64,000 nt of DNA from Thecamonas trahens ATCC 50062 (GCF_000142905.1 NW_013657646.1:326531-390530); one strand, 5' to 3'; positions 45,743 through 55,869 are shown, numbered from the stretch's first letter. Translations and numbers: made by a program. Notes: generated from the letters alone by a model not told the origin.

Positions 45743-45976
45743 TTGTGTGGTGGAGTACTGTAGTGGATGTAGCAAAGTGTTGGTGTTGGTGGTGGTGGTG
45801 GAGGTGGAGGAGGAGGAGGAGGTGGTGTGTGTGGGGGGGGGGTGGGGGTGGGGGTGGTGGTGGTGGGGTTGTTCGGTTGGGTCGCATTGTCCGCAGGTGG
45901 CCACGTCACGACGCCAGGTGCACACCGGGATTCAGACGCGGGACATGACGGGGCGGGAAGGACTAAGATTTGGGCT

Positions 45977-48900
45977 TTACCGCGGGCGATGCTTGCGGAT
46001 GAGGTTGAGGGCGGTGAGAGTGGCGCGTTGGTTGCCGGAACGGATCTTGTTGACGAGGACAGGAATCGAGGCGTAGCCGGTGAGCAATGGCACACCGATG
46101 CCGGAGAGATAGTCGACGGCGGCCGAGATGTTGGCGTAGTACTCGGCGTCAGTCGAGGGCGCGGCAAAGAACTGAAAGACCTGCGACTTGACAAATGTCG
46201 GGTAACAGAACTGGACCACGAGGTTGAGCACAACGCCCGAGGTGTAGTCCGAGGCCGGATCGTCGACCCGCAGGCTGGGCTTGCCCATCGAGATGAACAG
46301 CTTGTTGGTCCACTTGGTCATGACCAGCATGGCCTGCGCCTCGACCTGCCGAGCTGCAGCGGCGGCGGCGGTTGCGTCGTCGTCCGAGTCGTCGTCTGAC
46401 GAGGAATCGTCGTTGTCGGCCGGAGTCGGGGCCGGGGCTGGAGCCGGAGCAGGCGCAGCGCTGTTGGACGGCGACGACGGCGCGGGAGACGGCGACGATG
46501 GTGACGCCAGCGGCGAGGCCTCGACCGGCGTGCGGACGACAAAGAGGCGGGTCGAGTCCTCAAACGAGGCAAACTCAAACGGGGCAAAGATGCCATGGTC
46601 CATCAAGCTCTGGCAGTAGAGGGTGACAGCGCGGCGGTCGGGCGTCTTGAACCTGCCCACAAAGTAGTTGACAGCGTCCATGCCGCGGAAGAGCCGGTGC
46701 TGCTTGACCGACAGCGTCTCGTCACGAAACGTGACTGAGAGACGCATCTTGTCGATGAGGCGGAAGAGCTTGTCGCCAGCGGGAATGCCATCCTCGTGGA
46801 GGGTGTAGAGGGTGACCCGGTCGTCGCGCATGGCGAGCGGCTGCCCATTGGGCGCGGCTTCGACGGCGCGGAAGACACCACGCGCGAGCAGAACGTTGGC
46901 GACCGAGGCTGCTGCCGCTCGGTCGTTGTTGGGTCGGAGCGAAGCTAGGAAAGAGATCATGGCAAAACCGTTGAAGACGTCGTGGCAGGTGCGATGGATG
47001 GTCTTGGTGTAGAGGTTGAGCGACGAGACAAAGGCGTCAAAGGCAGCGGCGTCCCACACCGTCTCCGCCGCCGATCTCGGCACGCCGCCGGCCGACAGCG
47101 GGCGGTGGGTCGGATTGCCAGGGCGGACGCCTGGACCGAGCCGGTTGCGCATGTCCGGGCGGGAGGCCGGTGGCGGAGTGGATGATGAAGGCGACGACGA
47201 AGCACCGGGTGCATCGGAAGCGGAGGGCTCGTTCGCGCCGAGAGCCACCAGGTCGTCAATCGAGCCGACAACGTCGTTCTCGGCGTTGCGCTTAGCGCGG
47301 GCCTTCAGCGCGCGTGCGCGGGCCGACGAGAGCGATGCGTGCCGGGCCATGCTCTTGGTTCGCAGCTTGCGGTCCATTTCCTGGGCGTCGGCGTAAAACT
47401 CGGCGTTGGAGTGAAGAGACGCGGTCTCAAGCGCAAGCTCGGGTGCGCCCGTCTCGACCGAGTAGCCAGCAAACTGAGGCGCGATGGCGGTGACGGCAGC
47501 AACGGCATTGTCGAGCACATCCGGCGACGGCGGCGGATTCTCGACAAGCAGAGCGATGGTGTCAATGGTGGCAACAAGGTCGGGCAGGACGGCACGCGTC
47601 TCACCGGGCGCCGGGCTGTCGGTGGCAGCATCGGCGGCGATGCCGTCACGGCAGCGAAAAAAGTGCTGGTGGAGGAGGGCGAGCTCGCGCTCGAGGTCGA
47701 TGCTGTCGGGCGTACACCGCTCGAGCGCATGGGTATCAACGATGCGCGGCGCCGAGTCTGGAATGGAGGCAACGGCGTTGAGGAACTGGCGCATCTCATC
47801 CATGCGGCCCTCGATGAGCTCGTTCATCGGCGCCATGTACGGCTCCTTGGGACCAAAGGTCATGAGGTTGGCCAGGTTCTGCAGAGTCTTGGCCACAAGG
47901 GTGAGCGAGCGCGCGACCGTCGGCGAGGCGAGCGTCTCGGCGAGGCCGAAAAGGGTCGGGCCGAGAATGGCGGCACAAAAGAAGCGGAGGAAGAGAAAAG
48001 CCGAGACAACAGTGTACGGGGTGACGTTGTTACCCGGAAACGAGTCGAGAACCTCTTGCTGGAGAAAGCCAAAGACGATGCGGAGCGGGAGCGGCATGGC
48101 ATCGACCGAGTTGAAGATGGCGTCGCAGACTTCGTTGGCAACGGTCTTGAGGTAGTGCCAGTTGCGGTCGAGGTCGTCGTCGGGCCCGAGGCGACTTGGG
48201 TCGACCTCGAGCGGCAGCGACGTCTTGTATAGGAAGGCGATGGGCTTGTAGAGGACCGAGTGCAGGTAGTCCATGCCGATGAGCTTGAGGTACGCGTCGT
48301 TGACCTTGGTGGCGATGGTGTTGCCGCGAAAGATGATGGCTGGATCGCTGGTGGCGCGGACCTCGGCCTGATTGAGCGTGTTGAGGAGCCAGACGGCACG
48401 GCGGCGGGCGGCAAAAACGTTGACAAGCGCACGGGCAGCGTCCTCGCGGGCGCGGGTGTGGCTACCAAGCGCGGCAATCGCCCGTAGCTTGGGGTCTTCC
48501 ATCAGGTACACCAGCGGTGCGTAGTGGCGCAGCGAGAGGATGCGGTCGGTGACCAAGAGCGTCTTGAGGCGGATAGAGCCGAGTGCGCCGGCGCCCGACG
48601 GAAGCGCCATCGCCACTTGCGACATGCCCGGGAGGACCTCGCCGAGGGTGAGCCACAGCGGGGTGACTTGCGCAGAGGCGAGCGAGTGGCGGAGAGCCGG
48701 CGACTTGAAGTCGACGTGCGCAGCGCCCATGAACGCACCGTTGGCCAGAGTGGCGGCAGCGTAAGCCGACGAGCTGGCGGCCGCCTTGTACGCTGCGAGC
48801 ATGTCGAGATACTCGGGCGCGAGACCGAGTTCGTCGGCGACTGCAGGCGGCGGATCGAGAAAGGCTGGCGCAGGGAGCGTTGTCATGCCGCGCGGCGTGG

Positions 48901-49624
48901 TAGACCAGACCGAGACCGAGAGGCGCGAGGTGAACGAGGGCGAGTCGATGTCGACGCCTTTTGGGAGCTTAAAGGCAAAGAAAGTCTCGTCCTCATTCTC
49001 GGCACCGTCAGCGACAAAGACCGGATCGAGGCTCGACTTGACGACCTTTGTCTTGGCCTCGACGCCGACAAACGAGAGCGAGACATAAGGGTGGGCGGTG
49101 CCGTCGACACGCGGCGCGAGACCGACCGCTCTGCGGACGCGAACAAAGATCATAGCAGGATCGGAGAGCGAGGCTGGAGTGTGCTTGAGCTCGAGCAGAA
49201 GCTCGCCGTGGATAAAGGCACCGCCGAGGGTGATGCGCGGGAGAGTAAGCGGGTACCAGGCCTCGATGTGGCCCGACTCGAGGGTCGAGTGCGCCGGGTC
49301 GAGCTGGTCGTGGGTGGAGAGCGACACGGCGGCGATGGGATACGGATGGCGGGCAGCGGTTTGAGCATAGAGAGTAAGCCTGACACAGCGCGAGCCGAAG
49401 CGTGTGTCGAGCGGGACGACAAACGACTCGCCCCAGAACGGAGCCTGTGAGGCGTCGGCCGTCACCTGCGTCCACCTCGCCAAGCCATTGCCGGTCTCGC
49501 ACACCTCGACCTGTCCGCGAACCGTAGCAGGCACACCCTTGGCCGCCGACACTGTCACCGCAAGCGTTGTTTGCGTCCGCACCCGCGCCAGCGGCGGTTG
49601 CCACTCGTTGCTATGTGCAGCCAT
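45977..49624 (-). CDS. RasGAP with C2-C2-RasGAP-DEP-DEP-CH architecture
   Basis: IFRGNTIATK arginine finger, FLRFFCAAI, KTLQNLAN and KEPYM motifs; two C2-like, two DEP-like and one C-terminal CH-like segment. Confidence 0.9.
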   Translation of the reverse strand: MAAHSNEWQPPLARVRTQTTLAVTVSAAKGVPATVRGQVEVCETGNGLARWTQVTADASQAPFWGESFVVPLDTRFGSRCVRLTLYAQTAARHPYPIAAVSLSTHDQLDPAHSTLESGHIEAWYPLTLPRITLGGAFIHGELLLELKHTPASLSDPAMIFVRVRRAVGLAPRVDGTAHPYVSLSFVGVEAKTKVVKSSLDPVFVADGAENEDETFFAFKLPKGVDIDSPSFTSRLSVSVWSTTPRGMTTLPAPAFLDPPPAVADELGLAPEYLDMLAAYKAAASSSAYAAATLANGAFMGAAHVDFKSPALRHSLASAQVTPLWLTLGEVLPGMSQVAMALPSGAGALGSIRLKTLLVTDRILSLRHYAPLVYLMEDPKLRAIAALGSHTRAREDAARALVNVFAARRRAVWLLNTLNQAEVRATSDPAIIFRGNTIATKVNDAYLKLIGMDYLHSVLYKPIAFLYKTSLPLEVDPSRLGPDDDLDRNWHYLKTVANEVCDAIFNSVDAMPLPLRIVFGFLQQEVLDSFPGNNVTPYTVVSAFLFLRFFCAAILGPTLFGLAETLASPTVARSLTLVAKTLQNLANLMTFGPKEPYMAPMNELIEGRMDEMRQFLNAVASIPDSAPRIVDTHALERCTPDSIDLERELALLHQHFFRCRDGIAADAATDSPAPGETRAVLPDLVATIDTIALLVENPPPSPDVLDNAVAAVTAIAPQFAGYSVETGAPELALETASLHSNAEFYADAQEMDRKLRTKSMARHASLSSARARALKARAKRNAENDVVGSIDDLVALGANEPSASDAPGASSSPSSSTPPPASRPDMRNRLGPGVRPGNPTHRPLSAGGVPRSAAETVWDAAAFDAFVSSLNLYTKTIHRTCHDVFNGFAMISFLASLRPNNDRAAAASVANVLLARGVFRAVEAAPNGQPLAMRDDRVTLYTLHEDGIPAGDKLFRLIDKMRLSVTFRDETLSVKQHRLFRGMDAVNYFVGRFKTPDRRAVTLYCQSLMDHGIFAPFEFASFEDSTRLFVVRTPVEASPLASPSSPSPAPSSPSNSAAPAPAPAPAPTPADNDDSSSDDDSDDDATAAAAAARQVEAQAMLVMTKWTNKLFISMGKPSLRVDDPASDYTSGVVLNLVVQFCYPTFVKSQVFQFFAAPSTDAEYYANISAAVDYLSGIGVPLLTGYASIPVLVNKIRSGNQRATLTALNLIRKHRPR

Positions 49625-49730
49625 GGCGATGGGTGGTGGCGGTGGCAGACGCAGGTGGTTTTTCGGTGCGTTGCGATCATTTTGATGAGAGCAAAGATTA
49701 CTGAGCGGTGGGGGGGGGGGGGGTGGGGGG

Positions 49731-49895
49731 ATGGGCGGGCACGGGACGTCGGCGGCTGTCGAGCGGGTCCGCGCCAAGTAAGCGTTCTCGGGGACCAACC
49801 ACGATGAGCTCGACTTTAGCAAGGGCGAAACCATCCTTATCCACGTCATCAACGACTACGGTTGGGCGCTGGGAGAGATTGGCTTTGGCACTTGA
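49731..49895 (+). pseudogene. SH3-domain fragment with an in-frame TAA at 49779
   Basis: Reads MGGHGTSAAVERVRAK*AFSGTNHDELDFSKGETILIHVINDYGWALGEIG. Confidence 0.7.
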
Positions 49896-49951
49896 CTCGG
49901 CCGGCTGCGGCTGATCGCGGCTTGCTCCGCGACTGATCATCATTGGGGAGT

Positions 49952-51109
49952 ATGGGATGGGTGATGGACGAGCGAGGCGTGCATTTGTGGCGTGACGATG
50001 GGGCGATGGCGCCGGATATCCGTGGCGATGCCGACAGGAGGCGATGGGCGGCGGTCGGCGATGAGGATCTGGAGGCGGCGTGGAGGCGGGCGCGGGCCGA
50101 AGCTGACATCCGCAGACGCATCGATCGCGGCGAGCTGGCACTTTCATGGACGCGGTGGGCTGGTATGATGGCACGAGAAGCTACCCGTGGCTGTGTGGCT
50201 TGGCTGGTGGCGCCGGTCGGTAAGGCGCGAGTCAAGGGCTCGGAGGCCGGCATTGAGGCCGACGACGGCGGCGAGGCGAGCGAGCGTGGGCAGAGTCTGG
50301 GGCTGACCGGCGCCGGTCGGCAACAAGTACGCGCTGGTGTGGCAGTGTGTGTTTTTGTTGTGGTCGTTGTGTGTGTCCTGTGGCTTGCGCTGGTGCGACC
50401 GAGTGGCGAAGCGTACGTGCGGTGGCGCGGCGAGAGCGGCGACGGTGGGCAGATGGGCGCAAGTTCTGCATCGGTGACAGTGGCGTGCGTGGCAACTGCG
50501 AGCAGGTTCCCGCCTCGAGTGGCGAGCGAGGCGGCGAAGCGGGCGCGGGCGTACTGCGCACGGCACATGTACACGTGCGAGGTCGATGTGGGCGTCAAAG
50601 CGGCGTTTGGCCTCCACGGCCATGTGCTACAGGCGCGGGCTGTGGCGAACTGGTACGCCAATGCCAGCACCGAGTGGCTCATCTGGCTTGACGGCGACGC
50701 GCTTGTCGCGCGGCTCGACGTCTCATGGCCTACGATGCTGGCGGAGCTCGACGCGGGTGCCGATGCCGGCCTTGTTCTTGCCCGCGACTACCGCGGGCCG
50801 TCGACCGGGGTCCTCGCGTTGGCGCGTGCATCGCCGCTGGCGGCCGAGATTGTGGCCAGCCTCGCACGTGCAGGCCCACACGCTAGCCTGGGACAGCTAG
50901 TCCGCGGCGAGCTCGGGGCTGGCGACGGGGTGGCGTGGGTCTCGCAGCGTGGCCTCGCCGGGTACCCGGCTGCCGCGCTTGATGGGGCCGTCTATCTCGC
51001 GGGACACTCATTTACGGTGCATCTCGGACGGGTGTGCGGCCAGCCGCCATGGGATCGCTGCCTGGAAGCACTCGATGAGGTAGTGGAGGGAGTGGGTGGG
51101 TTAGGGTGA
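49952..51109 (+). CDS. Type II membrane glycosyltransferase, GT-A fold (GT34/MNN10-like)
   Basis: TM segment VAVCVFVVVVVCVLWLALV; RAYCARHMY; EWLIWLDGDALV DxD motif; FTVHLG. Start uncertain. Confidence 0.7.
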   Translation: MGWVMDERGVHLWRDDGAMAPDIRGDADRRRWAAVGDEDLEAAWRRARAEADIRRRIDRGELALSWTRWAGMMAREATRGCVAWLVAPVGKARVKGSEAGIEADDGGEASERGQSLGLTGAGRQQVRAGVAVCVFVVVVVCVLWLALVRPSGEAYVRWRGESGDGGQMGASSASVTVACVATASRFPPRVASEAAKRARAYCARHMYTCEVDVGVKAAFGLHGHVLQARAVANWYANASTEWLIWLDGDALVARLDVSWPTMLAELDAGADAGLVLARDYRGPSTGVLALARASPLAAEIVASLARAGPHASLGQLVRGELGAGDGVAWVSQRGLAGYPAAALDGAVYLAGHSFTVHLGRVCGQPPWDRCLEALDEVVEGVGGLG

Positions 51110-51123
51110 GGAGCTCGCCACAC

Positions 51124-52633
51124 TCAGTTGCGGCGCATCTTGGAAATGAGCGACTTGACCTTTGTGCCCGCGCCCGAACCGAGGTCTGCGCCCTCCTGCT
51201 TCTCGATGGCGTTCTGCTCGCGGATGGCCTCTGCCACGATGGTCTGGTTGATTTCTAGGACCAGGCCACCCATGACCATTTCGTCCAGGATGTAGTGGAC
51301 TCTGTCTGCGTGGAAGATGATGTCCAGCTCCGAGACGTTCTCAAAGCACGCGTCGAGGGCCTCGACAAAGGCGTGGATGAGGTCGAGAATACCGAGGTCC
51401 GACTCGGACGAGTCAACCACAAAGATGAAGAAGAGCGTGGCAAAGTTACGGTAGATGATCTTGGACTATGAGGTGGTGAGTGGGTTGGTGTGTGTGGGGG
51501 AGTGGGGGAAGGGTGGGTGGGGGAAGGAGGGCTGGGGGGGGGGGGGGGGTNNNNNNNNNNNNNNNNNNNNNNNNNNNNNNNNNNNNNNNNNNNNNNNNNN
51601 NNNNNNNNNNNNNNNNNNNNNNNNNNNNNNNNNNNNNNNNNNNNNNNNNNNNNNNNNNNNNNNNNNNNNNNNNNNNNNNNNNNNNNNNNNNNNNNNNNNN
51701 NNNNNNNNNNNNNNNNNNNNNNNNNNNNNNNNNNNNNNNNNNNNNNNNNNNNNNNNNNNNNNNNNNNNNNNNNNNNNNNNNNNNNNNNNNNNNNNNNNNN
51801 NNNNNNNNNNNNNNNNNNNNNNNNNNNNNNNNNNNNNNNNNNNNNNNNNNNNNNNNNNNNNNNNNNNNNNNNNNNNNNNNNNNNNNNNNNNNNNNNNNNN
51901 NNNNNNNNNNNNNNNNNNNNNNNNNNNNNNNNNNNNNNNNNNNNNNNNNNNNNNNNNNNNNNNNNNNNNNNNNNNNNNNNNNNNNNNNNNNNNNNNNNNN
52001 NNNNNNNNNNNNNNNNNNNNNNNNNNNNNNNNNNNNNNNNNNNNNNNNNNNNNNNNNNNNNNNNNNNNNNNNNNNNNNNNNNNNNNNNNNNNNNNNNNNN
52101 NNNNNNNNNNNNNNNNNNNNNNNNNNNNNNNNNNNNNNNNNNNNNNNNNNNNNNNNNNNNNNNNNNNNNNNNNNNNNNNNNNNNNNNNNNNNNNNNNNNN
52201 NNNNNNNNNNNNNNNNNNNNNNNNNNNNNNNNNNNNNNNNNNNNNNNNNNNNNNNNNNNNNNNNNNNNNNNNNNNNNNNNNNNNNNNNNNNNNNNNNNNN
52301 NNNNNNNNNNNNNNNNNNNNNNNNNNNNNNNNNNNNNNNNNNNNNNNNNNNNNGTATGTAGGTATGTTTTGTGTGTGTGCATGTATGTATGTGTGTGTGT
52401 GCGTGTGTGTGTGCGTGTGTGTGTGCGCGCGTGTGTGTGGCTGGCGGTGGTTGTGTGTGCGGCATGGCATGGGTGGTCGCCCCCTCCCCCCCCCCCCCCC
52501 CCCCACCCGGCCCCTTTCTGGGCAACGTACACTCATTGATCAGCTTCTGCTGCTCCTCTTCAGAGATGCGGTTATAAAACTTGGTCAAGCGCGGCTTGCC
52601 ATGGATGTTGATGACGAGAATGGACTTAATCAT
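51124..52633 (-). CDS. AP3S: AP-3 complex sigma subunit; exon 1 52633..52531, last exon 51465..51124, middle in gap
   Basis: MIKSILVINIHGKPRLTKFY, IIYRNFATLFF, DSSESDLGILDLI and CFENVSELDIIFH motifs. Confidence 0.92.
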
Positions 52634-52642
52634 CCTCTCTCG

Positions 52643-52980
52643 ATGACAACTCTGCGAGAGGTGTGTCTTCCGTTTGCCCCTTGTCGGCGGCATCTGCGTC
52701 GCTTGTGCGCCGCATGCGGTCGGACCAACAGAGAAACGAAATCTGTGCCCGTGCCAGAGGCCATCCTCCTCCGTCTTGTCGCTGTCGCCTCGGCACAATA
52801 GAGCAAGTATGTCCATCACCTTGCCACCGCGCAGATTCTCACTGGTGAGGCCGAGTGAGGCATCACTGTCCATGGCGCGTTTCCGACACATCCCGCCCTC
52901 TTCCTGCGGCACCTGACGACATTTGTCAAGAACAACATCAACATCTAGCACTTTGAGCCACGAGCCATCGTGAGGGCTGT
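52643..52980 (+). pseudogene. Degenerate coding-like relic with three in-frame stops
   Basis: Reads ..VPEAILLRLVAVASAQ*SKYVHHLATAQILTGEAE*GITVHGAFPTHPALFLRHLTTFVKNNINI*HFEPRAIV with host-like codon usage. Confidence 0.4.
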
Positions 52981-55292
52981 CACTGCTGCGGGTGGCGCTG
53001 CGAGGCAAGGCGGGCCGAGACGCGCGACGACGAGACGCGCGAAACGGGCCGCGGCGAGCGGTTGGAGTTGCGACTTGCCCGCGAGCGGCCCGGGCCGTCG
53101 GGCGTGGCGCCGGTCACCTGGATTGAGGCCATCGACGCATTCGGGTTGCCCATGCGGTCGTCTGGACCGGCGGCGCCGGCAAACAGCGCAGCCTCCTCGG
53201 CAGGCTTGCCGTGAGCGCGGATGCAGGCGCGGACAACGTTGTTGAGTAGGGTCCGGAGGTAGTTCTCCCAGCGGAGGAGCGAGCCGTCGGCGCGGAAGAA
53301 CTGGACAAGGACAGCCAGCGAGTCGAGCGGGAGGAGCGAGGTAACAATCTGCGGCTCATAGTCGATCGGCTCCTCGCCCGGCTCGCCGATGGCGCGGAGG
53401 AGCGCGACGTAGAGCAGGGTGCCGACCACGGTGCAGTTGGAGACGACGGTATCGGACTCCTCGACCGGGCCGAGGACCGCGCCCTTTTTGCGCTTCTTGC
53501 GCTTCTTGCGCTTCTTGCCTGTCTCAGCCTCGCCGGAGGCCGGAACAACAAAGCCATACTTGCCTGGCGAGAGGAGCATATCGGCGATGAGGGTGCGGGC
53601 AACGATAAAGTTGGCGATAAGGAGGCGCCGGCGCTGCAGCGACATGCCGCACGACCGCTGGAGCGCATCAAACTCAAAGTAGTCCTCCTCCACCTCCATC
53701 ATGTATCCCTTAGGGTACACCGCCTTCTCCTTGGTCAGGTCGGCGAGGACGTCGAGCACAGGCTCAGGCAGCGTCTCGATCGCCCGCTCGGTGGAGAGAA
53801 TGCCAGTCAGCGCCTCCATGATCTGCCCGAGCTCGGTGATAGTGCCCTTTTGCGCCTTGGAGAACCCGCCCTTGGAGGTGAGGTCGCTCGGCTGGATGAG
53901 AAACTCGTCGTCCTGGTTGACAAGCTCGAAAAAGACGTTAACAAGACCAGTCCGCAGCCAGCGGACGGTCTCGGGCACGGCGTCAAAGATACCTTTTTTC
54001 AGCTGCTTGCGCATCCGCTTGCGCAGCCGCTTCCGGAGGACGGCAAACGACTGGACGTAGACCACAAACCAGACGACGATCATGGCTCGCTTGACCGCCC
54101 GGAGCCCAGTCTCGCGTGCCGCTGCCTGCGCATCGGTCAACGGCTCGTCGGTGGCGCCCGGATACACCTGGCTCCCAAAGCCGCCCTGCTGCTGGGCAAA
54201 ACCCATGCTGGCGCCGTAGCCATAACCGAGCGGCGCCGCAGCTTGCGCCGGCGCCACTCCCGCGCCGCCGTTAATCGCGGCGTTGTGCCGCATCCACTCC
54301 GAGTACACGCTCGAGTCACCGTGGGTGTACGGCTGCATCGGCATCGCGTCCGGGTTTGTCGGATCGATCGGCATGCCGTTCATCAGCGGGTTGCCGTACG
54401 CGTCGTAGGTGACCGAGTCGAGTGGCGGCATGCCGACGGTCGGCATGGCCATCGCAGGTGGCATGCCCATGCCATAGGCCGGAGCCGGGGCCGGCGCCGC
54501 GTTGTTCATCATCGCCGCCGCGAGCAGCGCCGAGCTGAGGCCGCCATCGCTCTGTCCGCCTCCCGCCCCAGCCGCCATCGCCATCTGCATCTGGGTCATC
54601 TGCATCTGCTGCTGCAGCCGCGCCTTTTCGTTCTCGATCTTTTGCTGCTCGAGGAACATGTGAAAGTTGGACTCGTCGCCACGCCGCCTCCCGCTGGCGC
54701 CGCCGGCGTTGATCTCGGTCTGCCGTTGAAGCATCGACTGCATCATTAGGTTTTGCATCATCAGGTTCTGCTCGGCAATGACGTCGAGAGTTGTCTTCTT
54801 CCGCTCCTCGCCGCCCGAGCCTGACTCGCGCCGTCTGTGCTCGCGGTGCCGATCCTCCGGCTCGTCGGCAAGCGTGTTCGCGAGCCGCTCCACCAGCGAC
54901 GTCAGCTTGGTCGTCGCCCGCAGCGCCGTCTCGCGCTCCTTCTTGGCCTTGAGCGTGTCCAGCCGCCGCTTCAGCTGCCGCCGCTCCATCATCGACCGCT
55001 GCAGCTGCATGTTGTACCCGACACCGCCGCCGCCGCCCGGCACCGGTCCTCCGCCGCCCATCTGCATGGGCAATCCCATGGGCACACCCATGCTCATAGG
55101 CAGCTCCACGCCCATGTGAGGCATCTGCGTCGCGCCCATCGGTACCTGCACCATCTGCTGCTGTGGCTGTGCGGCCGGTTGTGCGGGAGGCGGCGCCGCG
55201 GCCTGGCGGGCAAGCGCAAGCTTCTGCTGCAACAGCTGGGCCCGGATGCGGGTCACTCTTTCCAGCGCGTCCTCTTCACTCATCCCCGACAT
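52980..55292 (-). CDS. C21orf58 (DUF4587)-like N-terminal region with a large C-terminal helical domain
   Basis: ERVTRIRAQLLQQKLALARQ, LQRSMMERRQLKRRL and LDVIAEQNLMMQNLMMQSML recall three C21orf58 blocks in the same order (recalled similarity). Confidence 0.65.
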   Translation of the reverse strand: MSGMSEEDALERVTRIRAQLLQQKLALARQAAAPPPAQPAAQPQQQMVQVPMGATQMPHMGVELPMSMGVPMGLPMQMGGGGPVPGGGGGVGYNMQLQRSMMERRQLKRRLDTLKAKKERETALRATTKLTSLVERLANTLADEPEDRHREHRRRESGSGGEERKKTTLDVIAEQNLMMQNLMMQSMLQRQTEINAGGASGRRRGDESNFHMFLEQQKIENEKARLQQQMQMTQMQMAMAAGAGGGQSDGGLSSALLAAAMMNNAAPAPAPAYGMGMPPAMAMPTVGMPPLDSVTYDAYGNPLMNGMPIDPTNPDAMPMQPYTHGDSSVYSEWMRHNAAINGGAGVAPAQAAAPLGYGYGASMGFAQQQGGFGSQVYPGATDEPLTDAQAAARETGLRAVKRAMIVVWFVVYVQSFAVLRKRLRKRMRKQLKKGIFDAVPETVRWLRTGLVNVFFELVNQDDEFLIQPSDLTSKGGFSKAQKGTITELGQIMEALTGILSTERAIETLPEPVLDVLADLTKEKAVYPKGYMMEVEEDYFEFDALQRSCGMSLQRRRLLIANFIVARTLIADMLLSPGKYGFVVPASGEAETGKKRKKRKKRKKGAVLGPVEESDTVVSNCTVVGTLLYVALLRAIGEPGEEPIDYEPQIVTSLLPLDSLAVLVQFFRADGSLLRWENYLRTLLNNVVRACIRAHGKPAEEAALFAGAAGPDDRMGNPNASMASIQVTGATPDGPGRSRASRNSNRSPRPVSRVSSSRVSARLASQRHPQQ

Positions 55293-55869
55293 GTTACGTC
55301 TGTGTGTGCACGCGTGGTGAGTGGTGAGGTGTCTGGGCTTGTAGAGCACGTCCCGTACTCGGGTTTGGCAAAGGGGAGGGGGGGAGGGGAAGCGAAGTTG
55401 GTGTGAAGTCGCCTGCCCGTCACTCGCCCGTCACTCGCCATTGCTAGTCGCCACCAACCGGCAGCAGGGGCAACAGGAGCAGTTGCTGGAGCAGAGCAGT
55501 ATCAGCAATTGCGGATGATGTGGAAGAATTGGTATACAAAAGCAAGTCATTTCGAAGAGAGGAGAGAATGGTGGTTCTGAGAAGGTGGTTTAGGTAGAGA
55601 TCGGAAGTGTGTGTGGTGTGGTGTGGAGGGAAGGAGAGTGTCTGTATGGGGTGTGGCGTAGTGAGGGGACCGACTCAGATTGAGCATGTTGTGGTCGACA
55701 TTGGGCGACCTGAGCTGGCCGAGGCCACGACCAAAGCCAAAGCACTCTTCTTGCGAACTGTCGTAGCAGCCACGCGTGTGTAGAACAGGTACAGGTGCCT
55801 GGAAGTAGGAGGAAGAAGAGGTAGCTGTAGCAGTGCAGGCGAAAGGGCAGGCGGCTGTTCGTAGACTGG

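Noticed and set aside
55515-55580. Possible C/D snoRNA (ATGATG..CTGA)
   Set aside because: Box C is imperfect and no terminal stem or recognisable guide is seen.
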